Source of the DNA: an uncultured bacterium
GTDB taxonomy: Bacteria; Hydrothermota; Tepidihabitantia; Tepidihabitantales; Tepidihabitantaceae
Reading direction: 5' to 3'
Assembly: GCA_964626075.1 (NCBI GenBank)
Contig: CAZVDD010000020.1
Coordinates: 2,944-66,943, forward strand
DNA: 64,000 bases
Shown here: positions 9,842-18,625 of the stretch, piece by piece
Layout: every line of letters begins with the position of its first letter
How positions within the stretch are numbered: the stretch's first letter is position 1
Position numbers and translations under genes: made by a program
Notes under the pieces: model-generated
Told to the model about the DNA's origin: nothing
What the model saw: the letters and a program-made list of their open reading frames with translations, nothing else
Database searches by the model: none

Positions 9842-11356
9842 CTATCCCATTCTTCTGGTAACGATTTCCAGATACTCCTTTACCAGCCCGTCCATCTCCG
9901 CCGCCATCTCATCAACCGCTGCGCGCTTCTCGCTGACAAAATTGCTATCCTTAATTCCCCCGAGGTTTATCAGCACATTGAGCCTTGCCCCGCGAAATGC
10001 CGCATCAAGGTTCATCGTTCCCACCCCGGCATCACTGATAGAACTCTTATTCCCGAACTCAACCACCGGCCGGCACAACTTCAAAGTCTCCAGTGCCAGT
10101 TGCATCGTCCGGAACGGCACCTCAGCGGCAACCTTCAAAGCCTCGCTGATCGCCCTTTCTCTTTCCTGCCGTTCCAGTTCGGTCATCTTCGGCAGCTTGT
10201 ATGACGCCATCACCTGCTTGAAACTCGCCGCATCCTCTTCAATCAAACTGATAAACCGTTCGCGCCGGGGAATCAGTTTCTCCTTGACCGCGTTCATCTC
10301 GGCGTCAAACTCCTCATAACCCTTCTTCCCGATTGTCAGGTTCGCCACCATCGTCATCAACGCTGTGCCCAGGGCACCGTTGAGCGCGGCAGCAGAACCG
10401 CCCCCGGGCACCGGCGCGGAAGAAGCCAGTTCGGCAAGAAAGTCGGGCAAACCCTGGGCAGGCATCAGCCGATTCTCAAGAATCTGCTCGCCCTTGAAAC
10501 TGTTCAACTGCAGATAATACCGGGCACAGGCGACCAACGCTGCCTGCGGCACCAGCCCGACAATCTCCGACTCCAGGACCCCAACACCCCAGCGCTGCGC
10601 CTCGCGCTTTACCGTCTCAAAAACCCGGTAAAGCGGCGTCTTAGTGTAATCGGTCATATTGATTGACACCTGAACGCAGTTTTTCTCCTTGATTTCAAAA
10701 CCCAGCGCCTTTACATAACGGAAACCACCATCCCGGTACCGAATCGCCTTGGCAATGCGTTCGGCAATCTTCACATCGTTCGTCGCTAAGTTGATATTGT
10801 AGGCGATAAGTGGTGCCCGGACCCCGACCACTGTAGCACCCGCGGTCGGATGCAGTTCAGGTCTGCCAAAGTCCGGTGCCCGCTCCGGGTCGGTCTTAAT
10901 CGCCACGCGCAGACCTTCAAACTCGCCTTTACGGATATTAGCCAAGTCCTGCCGGTCCGGCCTCGTTGCCGCCAGTTCATAGAGATAGACCGGAATCCCC
11001 AACTCATCGGCAATCCGCTTACCCAGCCTTTTTGCCAGTTCAATACACTCCGCCTGGGTGACACCGGAAATCGGGACAAAAGGCACCACATCGGTCGCAC
11101 CGATACGCGGATGCTCACCCTGATGCTGGTTTAGGTCTATCAACTCCGCTGCCGTCTTTGTCGCCCGAAATGCCGCCTCCAGAACCGCCTCTGGGTCCCC
11201 GACAAAACTGATAACCGCCCGATTGTGGTCGGCGTTCATCTCCTGGTCAAGGACGCTGATGCCGGTTACCGAACGGATAGAACTGACAATCTTCTCAACA
11301 ATCTCGGGCCTCCTGCCCTCAGAAAAATTGGGAACGCACTCCACGATTCTTCTCAT
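9842..11356 (-). CDS. fused glutamate formimidoyltransferase / formiminotetrahydrofolate cyclodeaminase (FTCD-like)
   Basis: 504 aa. The N-terminus reads ECVPNFSEGR (transferase signature). The C-terminal ~190 aa are alpha-helical and cyclodeaminase-like (GGGSAAAL motif). Confidence 0.85.
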   Translation of the reverse strand: MRRIVECVPNFSEGRRPEIVEKIVSSIRSVTGISVLDQEMNADHNRAVISFVGDPEAVLEAAFRATKTAAELIDLNQHQGEHPRIGATDVVPFVPISGVTQAECIELAKRLGKRIADELGIPVYLYELAATRPDRQDLANIRKGEFEGLRVAIKTDPERAPDFGRPELHPTAGATVVGVRAPLIAYNINLATNDVKIAERIAKAIRYRDGGFRYVKALGFEIKEKNCVQVSINMTDYTKTPLYRVFETVKREAQRWGVGVLESEIVGLVPQAALVACARYYLQLNSFKGEQILENRLMPAQGLPDFLAELASSAPVPGGGSAAALNGALGTALMTMVANLTIGKKGYEEFDAEMNAVKEKLIPRRERFISLIEEDAASFKQVMASYKLPKMTELERQERERAISEALKVAAEVPFRTMQLALETLKLCRPVVEFGNKSSISDAGVGTMNLDAAFRGARLNVLINLGGIKDSNFVSEKRAAVDEMAAEMDGLVKEYLEIVTRRMG

Positions 11357-11386
11357 CCTTGGACTCCTTTAATTTTGATGTTTTTT

Positions 11387-11414
11387 ATCATACCCGCTGC
11401 CGATTTTCTGTCAA
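11387..11414 (-). promoter_or_regulatory. sigma-70-type promoter for the FTCD-PHP-DUF4159 operon
   Basis: On the minus strand: TTGACA (11414-11409), 16-nt spacer, TATGAT (11392-11387). The ~30-nt leader carries an AAAGGAG SD. Confidence 0.55.
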
Positions 11415-11449
11415 ACCCTGCCCCGCAGGTATTTAACCGGTCGCTGATG

Positions 11450-11477
11450 TTGACAACCCGTTGTTTCGCTCTATAAT
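11450..11477 (+). promoter_or_regulatory. sigma-70-type promoter for tRNA-Leu
   Basis: TTGACA (11450-11455), 16-nt spacer, TATAAT (11472-11477), about 20 nt upstream of the tRNA. Confidence 0.65.
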
Positions 11478-11497
11478 CAAACAAAATAGGTGTTTAC

Positions 11498-11579
11498 GCC
11501 GGGGTGGTGGAAATGGCAGACACGCATGGTTGAGGGCCATGTGCTTTGCGGCGTGCAGGTTCAAATCCTGTCCCCGGCA
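11498..11579 (+). tRNA. tRNA-Leu (anticodon GAG)
   Basis: Hand-folded cloverleaf. Acceptor GCCGGGG pairs with CCCCGGC. The anticodon stem CATGG/CCATG carries loop TTGAGGG. There is a long variable arm, the T-loop is TTCAAAT, and no CCA is encoded. Confidence 0.85.
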
Positions 11580-11625
11580 TTGATATTATCCCATTCCCGT
11601 TTTAAAACAAACGGGTTAAATTTTT

Positions 11626-12831
11626 ATGCCAAAACCGCATTCCAGAAGTCGCGCCCTCCTCATCGTTCTTGACGGCGTCGGGTGTGGCGCCCTACCTGAT
11701 GCCGACCGATTTGGCGACCAGGGCTCAAACACATTAACAAACCTCGCCTGCAAATTGGGCGGACTTGCCCTTCCCAACCTCCGCCGTCTTGGCCTGGGTA
11801 ACATCGTTGACCTGCCCGGAGTTCCACCGGAAAAAAAACCGCAAGCCGCCTATGGCAGAATGGCGGAGATGTCCGCCGGAAAAGATTCAACCACAGGCCA
11901 TTGGGAAATCGCCGGCGTTATCACCACCGAACCGTTTCCCTTATTTCCCCACGGATTTCCCGAGGAACTGCTCCGCCAGTTTGAGCGCCGAATTGGCAGA
12001 CGGGTTATCGGCAACATCGCCGCATCGGGCACCGAAATCATCAATCGCCTGGGCGCAGAACACCTCAAAACCGGTTCTCCCATCGTTTACACCTCAGCGG
12101 ACAGCGTATTTCAAATCGCCTGCCACATCGATGTTGTACCGGTGGCCGAACTCTACCGCTTCTGTACCATCGCCCGCGAACTGCTCACCGGCAAATACCG
12201 CGTTGCCCGGGTCATCGCCCGCCCTTTTGCCGGCAAACCGGGCGCATTCTATCGCACCCCAGAGCGCAAAGACTTCTCCTGTCCGCCACCTAAGCCCACC
12301 CTCCTCGACAATGTCAAAGAAGCCGGACTGGCATCCATCGGCATCGGCAAAATTGACGACCTGTTTGCCCACCAGGGTTTGACCGAAATTTACCATTCCG
12401 TCAACAATCAGGAGTGCATCGACTACACGCTAAACGCCCTGCAAGGGTCTAAACCGGGACTGATTTTCGCCAACCTCGTTCAGTTTGATATGGACTGGGG
12501 TCATCGCAACGACCCCGCCGGTTTTGCCCGCGGCTTGACCGAGTTTAACCTTCGCCTACCCGAAATCAGCGCCGCCCTCAAACACGACGACATCATGTTC
12601 TTAACCGCGGACCACGGCTGTGACCCGACAACACCTTCAACTGACCACTCCCGGGAGTATGTGCCGCTTTTGGTCTACGGCGCGCCGGTCTGCGCTGGCA
12701 TCAACATCGGCACCCGTGCCACCTTTGCCGACCTGGGCAAAACCATCGCCGAATACCTCGAGGTCAAACCCACCCCGGACGGCACATCTTTCCTCAATGA
12801 AATCATCAAACCCGAATTCAAAAATGGATAG
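11626..12831 (+). CDS. deoB: phosphopentomutase
   Basis: 401 aa with LIVLDGVGCG, TTGHWE and TADHGCDPT motifs of the DeoB alkaline-phosphatase superfamily. Confidence 0.9.
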   Translation: MPKPHSRSRALLIVLDGVGCGALPDADRFGDQGSNTLTNLACKLGGLALPNLRRLGLGNIVDLPGVPPEKKPQAAYGRMAEMSAGKDSTTGHWEIAGVITTEPFPLFPHGFPEELLRQFERRIGRRVIGNIAASGTEIINRLGAEHLKTGSPIVYTSADSVFQIACHIDVVPVAELYRFCTIARELLTGKYRVARVIARPFAGKPGAFYRTPERKDFSCPPPKPTLLDNVKEAGLASIGIGKIDDLFAHQGLTEIYHSVNNQECIDYTLNALQGSKPGLIFANLVQFDMDWGHRNDPAGFARGLTEFNLRLPEISAALKHDDIMFLTADHGCDPTTPSTDHSREYVPLLVYGAPVCAGINIGTRATFADLGKTIAEYLEVKPTPDGTSFLNEIIKPEFKNG

Positions 12832-13222
12832 GTTAACCCGTGCCCGTTTGATTAAATCTGCCCGCGCTGCCGAGAAACGGGCTTATGCCCCTTATTCCCG
12901 ATTTCCGGTTGGCGCCGCGGTTCTTACCCGAAGCGGTAAAATCTACGCCGGTGCCAATGTGGAAAATGCCTCCTACGGCTTAACAGTGTGCGCGGAACGC
13001 ACCGCCATCTTCAAAGCGGTATCTGCCGGCGAAAAAGAGATAACCGCCATCGCAATCTTCACCGCTACCGAACAACCAACCCCACCCTGTGGTGCCTGTT
13101 TGCAGGTCCTCAACGAATTCAGCACCAATCCCCTCATCATCCTTGTCAGTCGCAAAAAGATTTTGACCTTTCGGCTGCGCCAGCTCCTGCCGCACGGATT
13201 CAAATTAAACGATACGCTCTAA
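12824..13222 (+). CDS. cdd: cytidine deaminase
   Basis: Start taken at ATG 12824 (MDRLTRARL...), overlapping the deoB stop by 8 nt. Contains the CAER...PCGACLQ zinc-binding signature. Confidence 0.85.
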   Translation: MDRLTRARLIKSARAAEKRAYAPYSRFPVGAAVLTRSGKIYAGANVENASYGLTVCAERTAIFKAVSAGEKEITAIAIFTATEQPTPPCGACLQVLNEFSTNPLIILVSRKKILTFRLRQLLPHGFKLNDTL

Positions 13223-14455
13223 ACCGTTCATATAGGGCTTGAGAACCTCAGGGATAACGATTGAACCGTCAGCTTGTTGATAGTTCTCAACAATGGCGAT
13301 AAAGGTCCGGGGCAAAGCGAGCGCAGAACCGTTCAGGGCGTGGGGATAAAAAGTCTTGCCATCTGCACCCCGCGCCCGAATCTTTCCCCGCCGGGTCTGA
13401 AAATCTTCACAGTTGGAGATTGACGACACCTCCAGCCATCGGCCCACACCTGCTGCCCACACCTCAAGGTCGTAAGTCTTTGCCGACTGAAAAGCGATGT
13501 CCCAGGCTGCGAGCCGTTTCACCCGATAAGGCAAGCCGAGCGCCTGCAGCAGACTTTCCGCTTCCCACCGCATCTCTTCTAAATCGGTGTAGGAACGCTC
13601 GGGCGTTGTCAGCCGCACCAGTTCCACCTTGTCAAACTGGTGGATCCGAATCATACCCCGCACATCCCGACCATAGGAACCCGCCTCGCGCCGAAAACAG
13701 GGGGTGTAGGCAACAAACTTCTGGGGCAATGTTGCGGCATCAATCGTCTTCTCCCGAAAATAGGCAACCAGCTGGGGTTCAGCGGTTGGAATCAGATAAA
13801 AATTGTCCTCGGGCACCGCATACATCTCACTCGCGAGATGGGGCAACTGTCCGGCAGTTTCCAGAGTTGCCGGATTGGCAAGCACCGGCGGCATAACCTC
13901 GGTGTAGCCGTAACGGTGCACCGCGGTATCAAGGAAAAAGTTGATCAGCGCCCGCTCCAGCCGTGCCCCGGCACCCTTGAAGAGCACAAACCTTGAACCG
14001 GCAAGCCTTGCCGCGGCCTCAAAATCGACAATCCCCAGCGCCTCGCCCAGGTCCCAGTGCGCCAGGGGTTGAAAATCAAACACCGGGATTGTTCCGTGTG
14101 TGCCAACAATCTCCTCTTCGGCGGTCACTGAAGGGTGGACCCAATTGGGAAGCAGTTTTGCCAGTTGCTCCTGCTCCGCCTCAATACCTTTCAGACGGGT
14201 TTCAATCTCTTTAACCTCCTCTGCCAGCCGTTTTGCCCTTTCAAGCAGTTCGGGTTCTGCCCTTTGCTCGCGCTTTGCCCGGGCAATCGCCTCAGAAACC
14301 TGCCGCTGCTCATGCCGGGCTTCGTCCCGCCTCGCCCCCAGTTTGCGCCGCACCTCATCCCGTTCCAAAATCCTGTCAATAGAAACATCGCTCCGGCGCA
14401 ACCGCAAAATACGCCTTGCCTCATCCGGATTTTCCCGACAGAACTTTAAATCCAT
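13205..14455 (-). CDS. serS: seryl-tRNA synthetase
   Basis: 416 aa. N-terminal coiled-coil arm, then a class II core (TPCFRREAGSYG, SSISNCEDFQ, GSALA). Confidence 0.95.
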   Translation of the reverse strand: MDLKFCRENPDEARRILRLRRSDVSIDRILERDEVRRKLGARRDEARHEQRQVSEAIARAKREQRAEPELLERAKRLAEEVKEIETRLKGIEAEQEQLAKLLPNWVHPSVTAEEEIVGTHGTIPVFDFQPLAHWDLGEALGIVDFEAAARLAGSRFVLFKGAGARLERALINFFLDTAVHRYGYTEVMPPVLANPATLETAGQLPHLASEMYAVPEDNFYLIPTAEPQLVAYFREKTIDAATLPQKFVAYTPCFRREAGSYGRDVRGMIRIHQFDKVELVRLTTPERSYTDLEEMRWEAESLLQALGLPYRVKRLAAWDIAFQSAKTYDLEVWAAGVGRWLEVSSISNCEDFQTRRGKIRARGADGKTFYPHALNGSALALPRTFIAIVENYQQADGSIVIPEVLKPYMNGLERIV

Positions 14456-14500
14456 CGCCCTAATTCTATTTCAAACCCGGCGGGCGTCAATCAAAGCCCA

Positions 14501-15343
14501 TCAGAACAGTACCCCGCCTTCCAGTCCTGCCTTGCGCAGCGCCCGGTTAACCACTTCGCGCAGCCGCTGGGCATAGCCTTCGGGCTCACGGCAGGCTTGC
14601 TCAAACGCCCGGACTGCCTGGGGACACTCCCTTTGCAATAAAGACCTTAGCATTCCCATCTTACCGCTTAAATAGTTGAACCGGTCAACGAGCACCCGCC
14701 GCACCCCAACCCGGGCAATCGCGCAAAAAATCTCAAAAAGGGTCTCAAAAGAGTCACTAAAATAAGGCAAAACCGGACCAACAAATACGCTAACCGGCAC
14801 GCCGGTTGCCACCAGCCGTTGCGCGGCCGTGAGCCGTCGTTGCGGCGTCACCGCACCCGGTTCAAAGAGTTTCTGCACTTGTTCGTCAAGGGTGGTGATG
14901 GTCAGTTCAACGCTAAAACCCGGATACCGTTGCAACAGATTGATGTCTCGCAAAATCAGGTCCGACTTGGTCAGAACCTCCACCGGAAACCCGGCACCAC
15001 CAAGAATCTCCAGCACCGCTTGACTTAACCGAAACTCGGCTTCAGCCGGCTGGTATGGGTCACACACCGTCCCGAGATAAACCTTTCCCGGTCTTTTTTT
15101 CTCCCGGCGCAAAACCGCCGGCATATTGACCTTCGCCTCAACAAACGAACCCCAGCGCTCGGCACGCTGGTGGTAACGCAGCAAAAAACTGGCATAACAG
15201 TAAACACAACCATGGGAACAACCAAAATAGGGATTGACCGAATAGGTAGCGCCCGGCAGTCCGCTTTTACTCAGCGCTGTGCGGCACAATCGGGTGCGGA
15301 CCTTGACCCCGCTGGGCAGCCTTGACAATGATGTCATACTCAA
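14501..15343 (-). CDS. radical SAM protein (SplB/COG1533-like); start uncertain
   Basis: Has the CSHGCVYC CxxxCxxC cluster motif. The annotated start overlaps the ribE 3' end by 77 nt, so a downstream start is possible. Confidence 0.7.
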   Translation of the reverse strand: MSMTSLSRLPSGVKVRTRLCRTALSKSGLPGATYSVNPYFGCSHGCVYCYASFLLRYHQRAERWGSFVEAKVNMPAVLRREKKRPGKVYLGTVCDPYQPAEAEFRLSQAVLEILGGAGFPVEVLTKSDLILRDINLLQRYPGFSVELTITTLDEQVQKLFEPGAVTPQRRLTAAQRLVATGVPVSVFVGPVLPYFSDSFETLFEIFCAIARVGVRRVLVDRFNYLSGKMGMLRSLLQRECPQAVRAFEQACREPEGYAQRLREVVNRALRKAGLEGGVLF

Positions 15344-15878
15344 TATTAACCCGCGACCCCGCCCGGCATCGGCTTAATGTCGTCCGCTCCCATGTGAAGG
15401 GAATCAAATTTACCCAGAACTCCCCGCGCTTGACACCGGCGATCGTTAAACTGACGCCCTCGATTGCCACCGACCCCTTTTCCACCAACAGCGGAAAACT
15501 CGCCTCTTTGACCGCAACGATAATCCGGTGCTCATTGCTGTGGTGCTCGAGCCGCCGCACCGTGCCCACCTCATCGATGTGGCCCAGTACAAAATGTCCG
15601 CCGAGCCGATCGGTGATGCGCAACGCCCGTTCCAGATTAACCAGCATGCCGGGACGCAACTCTCTTAGATTGGTCCGCTTCAAAGTCTCCGCCACAACCT
15701 CGACCGCAAAACGACGGCGCACCCTGTCCACCACTGTTAAACAACAGCCGTTAACTGCCACACTCTCACCGGGTTCTAAATCCTCGGCGAACTCCGCTTC
15801 AATCATCAGGCGTCGGTTACCCTGTTTCGGGACAACCCGCACAACTTTGCCGATGGTTTCAACTAAACCGGTAAACAT
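15267..15878 (-). CDS. ribE: riboflavin synthase
   Basis: 203 aa starting MFTGLVE, with duplicated lumazine-binding repeats (VNGCCLTV / IEGVSLTI). Confidence 0.9.
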   Translation of the reverse strand: MFTGLVETIGKVVRVVPKQGNRRLMIEAEFAEDLEPGESVAVNGCCLTVVDRVRRRFAVEVVAETLKRTNLRELRPGMLVNLERALRITDRLGGHFVLGHIDEVGTVRRLEHHSNEHRIIVAVKEASFPLLVEKGSVAIEGVSLTIAGVKRGEFWVNLIPFTWERTTLSRCRAGSRVNIEYDIIVKAAQRGQGPHPIVPHSAE

Positions 15879-16974
15879 AACCCTCGGTCAGGATGTCATC
15901 CCCGAGTTCAATATGCCGCACATCCTTCAAAACCAGTGCCCCTTTTAACGACCTTGGCTTCATCCCGGCACTGAAACTCTTACCCGGTCCCAAAACCTTG
16001 GGTGCCTGAAAAAAGTATGCCTTATCAACCACCCCGGCTTCCAGTGCCGAACTCACCACCGTTGCCCCGCCCTCAATTAGTACGCTCATCACCTGCCGCC
16101 GATAAAGCTCTGCCAGAATATCCTGCCACTGGAGTCGGCCGCGGCGTTCCATCCGCACCCGCACCACCTCCGCCCCTTTCTGGCTAAGCCGCCGTACCTT
16201 AGACCCATTACCGCATGCCGTGAAAACCAACACCCTGTCCGGGGCGTCAAAAAGCCGGCTCCCGAGCGGCAATCGCAAATCGGAATCAAGCACGATACGC
16301 AAAAGCCGCTTCTGTTTGTTTAGCCGGCAGGTCAAAAGCGGGTTGTCGGCGATTACGGTATTAACACCCACAACCACCGCATCGGCGATCAGCCGCAACT
16401 GCTGTCCCACTTCGCGCGCCCGCTCGCTTGTAATCCACTGCGATTCACCCTCGCCGGTTGCCATCATTCCGTCTAAACTCATCGCGACCTTCAACATCAC
16501 AAATGGCCGGTGCTCCGCCATAAATGTCACATACGCCTCGTTCAAACGCTGTGCCTCTTCTCTCAAAAGACCAATCTCAACCTCAATCCCCTGGCGCCGG
16601 AGACATTTCACCCCTTTACCTTTAACCCGCGGATTCGGGTCAATCATCGCCGCAACCACCCGTTTAATTCCCGCTTGCATCAACGCCGCGGTGCAGGCGG
16701 GCGTCTTGCCTTCAAAACAGCACGGTTCCATCGTCACATAAAGCGTCGCACCCTGCGCCGCTTTACCCGCCGCTTTAATCGCTTCAATCTCGGCATGGGG
16801 ACCGCCAAAACGACGATGAAACCCTTCACCAACAACCCGGCCATTTTTAACCAGTACCGCGCCGACCATCGGATTGGGTGACACTAGACCGCAACCATTT
16901 GCCGCCAGTTCCAGCGCCCGCCGCATAAACCGTTCATCCTGTGCGGTCGGTCTCGTTTGCTTCGCGCTAACCAT
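15859..16974 (-). CDS. ribD: bifunctional diaminohydroxyphosphoribosylaminopyrimidine deaminase / 5-amino-6-(5-phosphoribosylamino)uracil reductase
   Basis: Deaminase HAE...PCxxxxxxxPC motif (HAEIEA...MEPCCFEGKTPAC) followed by a C-terminal reductase domain. Confidence 0.9.
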   Translation of the reverse strand: MVSAKQTRPTAQDERFMRRALELAANGCGLVSPNPMVGAVLVKNGRVVGEGFHRRFGGPHAEIEAIKAAGKAAQGATLYVTMEPCCFEGKTPACTAALMQAGIKRVVAAMIDPNPRVKGKGVKCLRRQGIEVEIGLLREEAQRLNEAYVTFMAEHRPFVMLKVAMSLDGMMATGEGESQWITSERAREVGQQLRLIADAVVVGVNTVIADNPLLTCRLNKQKRLLRIVLDSDLRLPLGSRLFDAPDRVLVFTACGNGSKVRRLSQKGAEVVRVRMERRGRLQWQDILAELYRRQVMSVLIEGGATVVSSALEAGVVDKAYFFQAPKVLGPGKSFSAGMKPRSLKGALVLKDVRHIELGDDILTEGYVYRFS

Positions 16975-16978
16975 CGCC

Positions 16979-17272
16979 CTACCGGTAATCTATCTGAAAG
17001 TCATCAAACTCGTGCTGGTACTCGCCCCAGTCAACCTGAATATTCTCAACTACCGCGCCCGGTGGACCAACCTTCAACCGCTCAATCAGTTTCTCCAGTT
17101 GTTTCCGTTCCCCTTCGGCAAAAACCTCCACCCTGCCATCGGACAGATTCCGCACCCGGCCTGTGAGCCCAAGCGCCCTTGCCTCCTTCACGGTAAACAT
17201 CCGAAAAAAAACCCCTTGCACTCTGCCCGACAAAAATGCAAAGATACACGCTTTACTCCCTTTTTCATTCAT
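16979..17272 (-). CDS. acyP: acylphosphatase
   Basis: 97 aa with the GRVQGVFFR signature. Confidence 0.85.
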   Translation of the reverse strand: MNEKGSKACIFAFLSGRVQGVFFRMFTVKEARALGLTGRVRNLSDGRVEVFAEGERKQLEKLIERLKVGPPGAVVENIQVDWGEYQHEFDDFQIDYR

Positions 17273-17277
17273 AACTC

Positions 17278-17306
17278 AAGATAAGCCGAGAAAACTCATC
17301 TGTCAA
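17278..17306 (-). promoter_or_regulatory. sigma-70-type promoter abutting the acyP start (implies a leaderless mRNA)
   Basis: On the minus strand: TTGACA (17306-17301), 17-nt spacer, TATCTT (17283-17278). ATG 17272 lies 5 nt downstream with no SD. Confidence 0.5.
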
Positions 17307-17410
17307 GAACAATCGCCCCCCGATCGCCTTTTTCCACATCAAGCCCGGTGGCAAAACTTGACAGCGTTAATAGGATAGGGCACTATAACACAAACAAAAA
17401 AGGAGGCATT

Positions 17411-18172
17411 GTGAAAAGGTTATTCCTTACCCTCATCCTTATCCCGGCACTCCTCTTTGCTCGGGGAACAAGCGGCGGTATGGGAACCTTTGGACCGGCG
17501 CTCGCTTTGATTGATTTCACCTCTGTCAACCGCTCGCTCCGCGCCGCCAGTTTTGATGAGATTTCCTCTCGGCACTGGATGTTTGGGGGCGGTGGTTATT
17601 TGATTGCCAATCGCACAATGATTGGCGGTGCCGGCTGGGGTGGCACTCAAACATCGACATCCGAATCTTTAAATGTCGTCTGCCGAGTTGAATATGGTGG
17701 TGGTGAATTCCGTGCCGGTTATATCGTTCTTGACACCCGGTATCTCCTTATCACCCCCGGCATCGGCATTGGCGGTGGCGGCTACACCATCCACCTTGAA
17801 CCGTACAACCAGTCCATCCCCAACTTTGACACTCTGCTCCGGAACCCGGGCAGGACCTCAACCATCTCCTTCTCCGGTTTCTGCCTCAACCCCCAACTCG
17901 CCATCACCATTCCAATCTCCTTCATCGGCATTGACATACGCGGTGGCTACAACCTTGGACCCTTCACCGCAAAATGGGCATTCGCCGACCATGGTTTTTT
18001 GAGCCGTGGGCCCGAAATGGGTAAAGGTACACCCTGGGTCAGTCTGAATGTGCTCTTTGGCGGCTTCAACCGGGAAAAGACAAGAACAATTAAAGGAAAG
18101 ATTGAGTTCAAGGGTGATGAAGGGGAAGAAAAAGAACCCGAAAAGGAGCAAGAACCGCAAAAAGAGGAGTAG
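17411..18172 (+). CDS. secreted glycine-rich hypothetical protein with a Lys/Glu-rich tail
   Basis: GTG start at 17411 after an AGGAGG SD (17401-17406). Signal-like N-terminus VKRLFLTLILIPALLFA. Gly-rich, beta-prone body. The C-terminus reads EGEEKEPEKEQEPQKEE. Confidence 0.6.
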   Translation: MKRLFLTLILIPALLFARGTSGGMGTFGPALALIDFTSVNRSLRAASFDEISSRHWMFGGGGYLIANRTMIGGAGWGGTQTSTSESLNVVCRVEYGGGEFRAGYIVLDTRYLLITPGIGIGGGGYTIHLEPYNQSIPNFDTLLRNPGRTSTISFSGFCLNPQLAITIPISFIGIDIRGGYNLGPFTAKWAFADHGFLSRGPEMGKGTPWVSLNVLFGGFNREKTRTIKGKIEFKGDEGEEKEPEKEQEPQKEE

Positions 18173-18290
18173 AAAATAAACATCGGTATCTGAGACCATC
18201 ATCGTCGGTTTTAACTACGCCCAATTTCGGGTGTTCAGTTTCTTTTCACCATAGCCATAACTGCCCGGCCCTTACTTACGAAGGAATTAA

Positions 18291-18485
18291 ATCAGGCTTA
18301 GAACAGTATGTTCATTACCTGACTGCAGCCACGATTCATACCGGTTCTGACCCGAAAACACCACCGGGAACAGAACCGGAAATACAACTCAGCACAGCAC
18401 CCAAAGCCGGTCAGCAGATTATCAGGATAGTTGGTAATAAAATGGTGTATTAGACGGTTTTAGTTAGCACCCTGTTGATTATCGA
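18291..18485 (+). repeat. 195-bp noncoding repeat, copy 1 (partner at 37994-38188 in inverted orientation)
   Basis: An ungapped hand alignment to the reverse complement of 37994-38188 gives about 18 mismatches in 195 positions. It contains the hairpin CCGGTTCTG (18341-18349) / CAGAACCGG (18371-18379). Confidence 0.9.
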
Positions 18486-18569
18486 AGAAACAACATCGCT
18501 TTGCTTGCCAGAGTTGGGCAGGTTTAACCTATCCTGATAATGACCTCAGGTAACAACCGGATAAATTTG

Positions 18570-18597
18570 TTGCTCGGCGCGGTAATTTTTCTAAAAT
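18570..18597 (+). promoter_or_regulatory. candidate sigma-70-type promoter for the C25 peptidase gene
   Basis: TTGCTC (18570-18575), 16-nt spacer, TAAAAT (18592-18597). AGGAGG SD at 18616-18621, TTG start at 18626. Confidence 0.45.
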
Positions 18598-18625
18598 AAA
18601 AATAGATGATCAATCAGGAGGACAA

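Noticed and set aside
17273-17410. A possible FMN riboswitch or other leader in the acyP/ribD upstream region.
   Set aside because: The region is only 138 bp and is shared with the divergent gene's upstream region. The acyP promoter abuts the ATG, so no leader is transcribed. No RFN-like conserved segments were seen.
18175-18453. One reading frame through the 195-bp repeat is open in both copies and ends at the same TAG (…TAATIHTGSDPKTPPGTEPEIQL…GQQIIRIVGNK…). This suggested a conserved small protein or a C-terminal extension.
   Set aside because: Neither copy has a usable in-frame start codon near the beginning of the repeat. Copy 2 has in-frame stops at 38289-38287 and 38196-38194 just upstream. 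Of the codon differences between the copies, about 14 are non-synonymous and only 1 is synonymous. That is the opposite of what purifying selection on a protein would produce.
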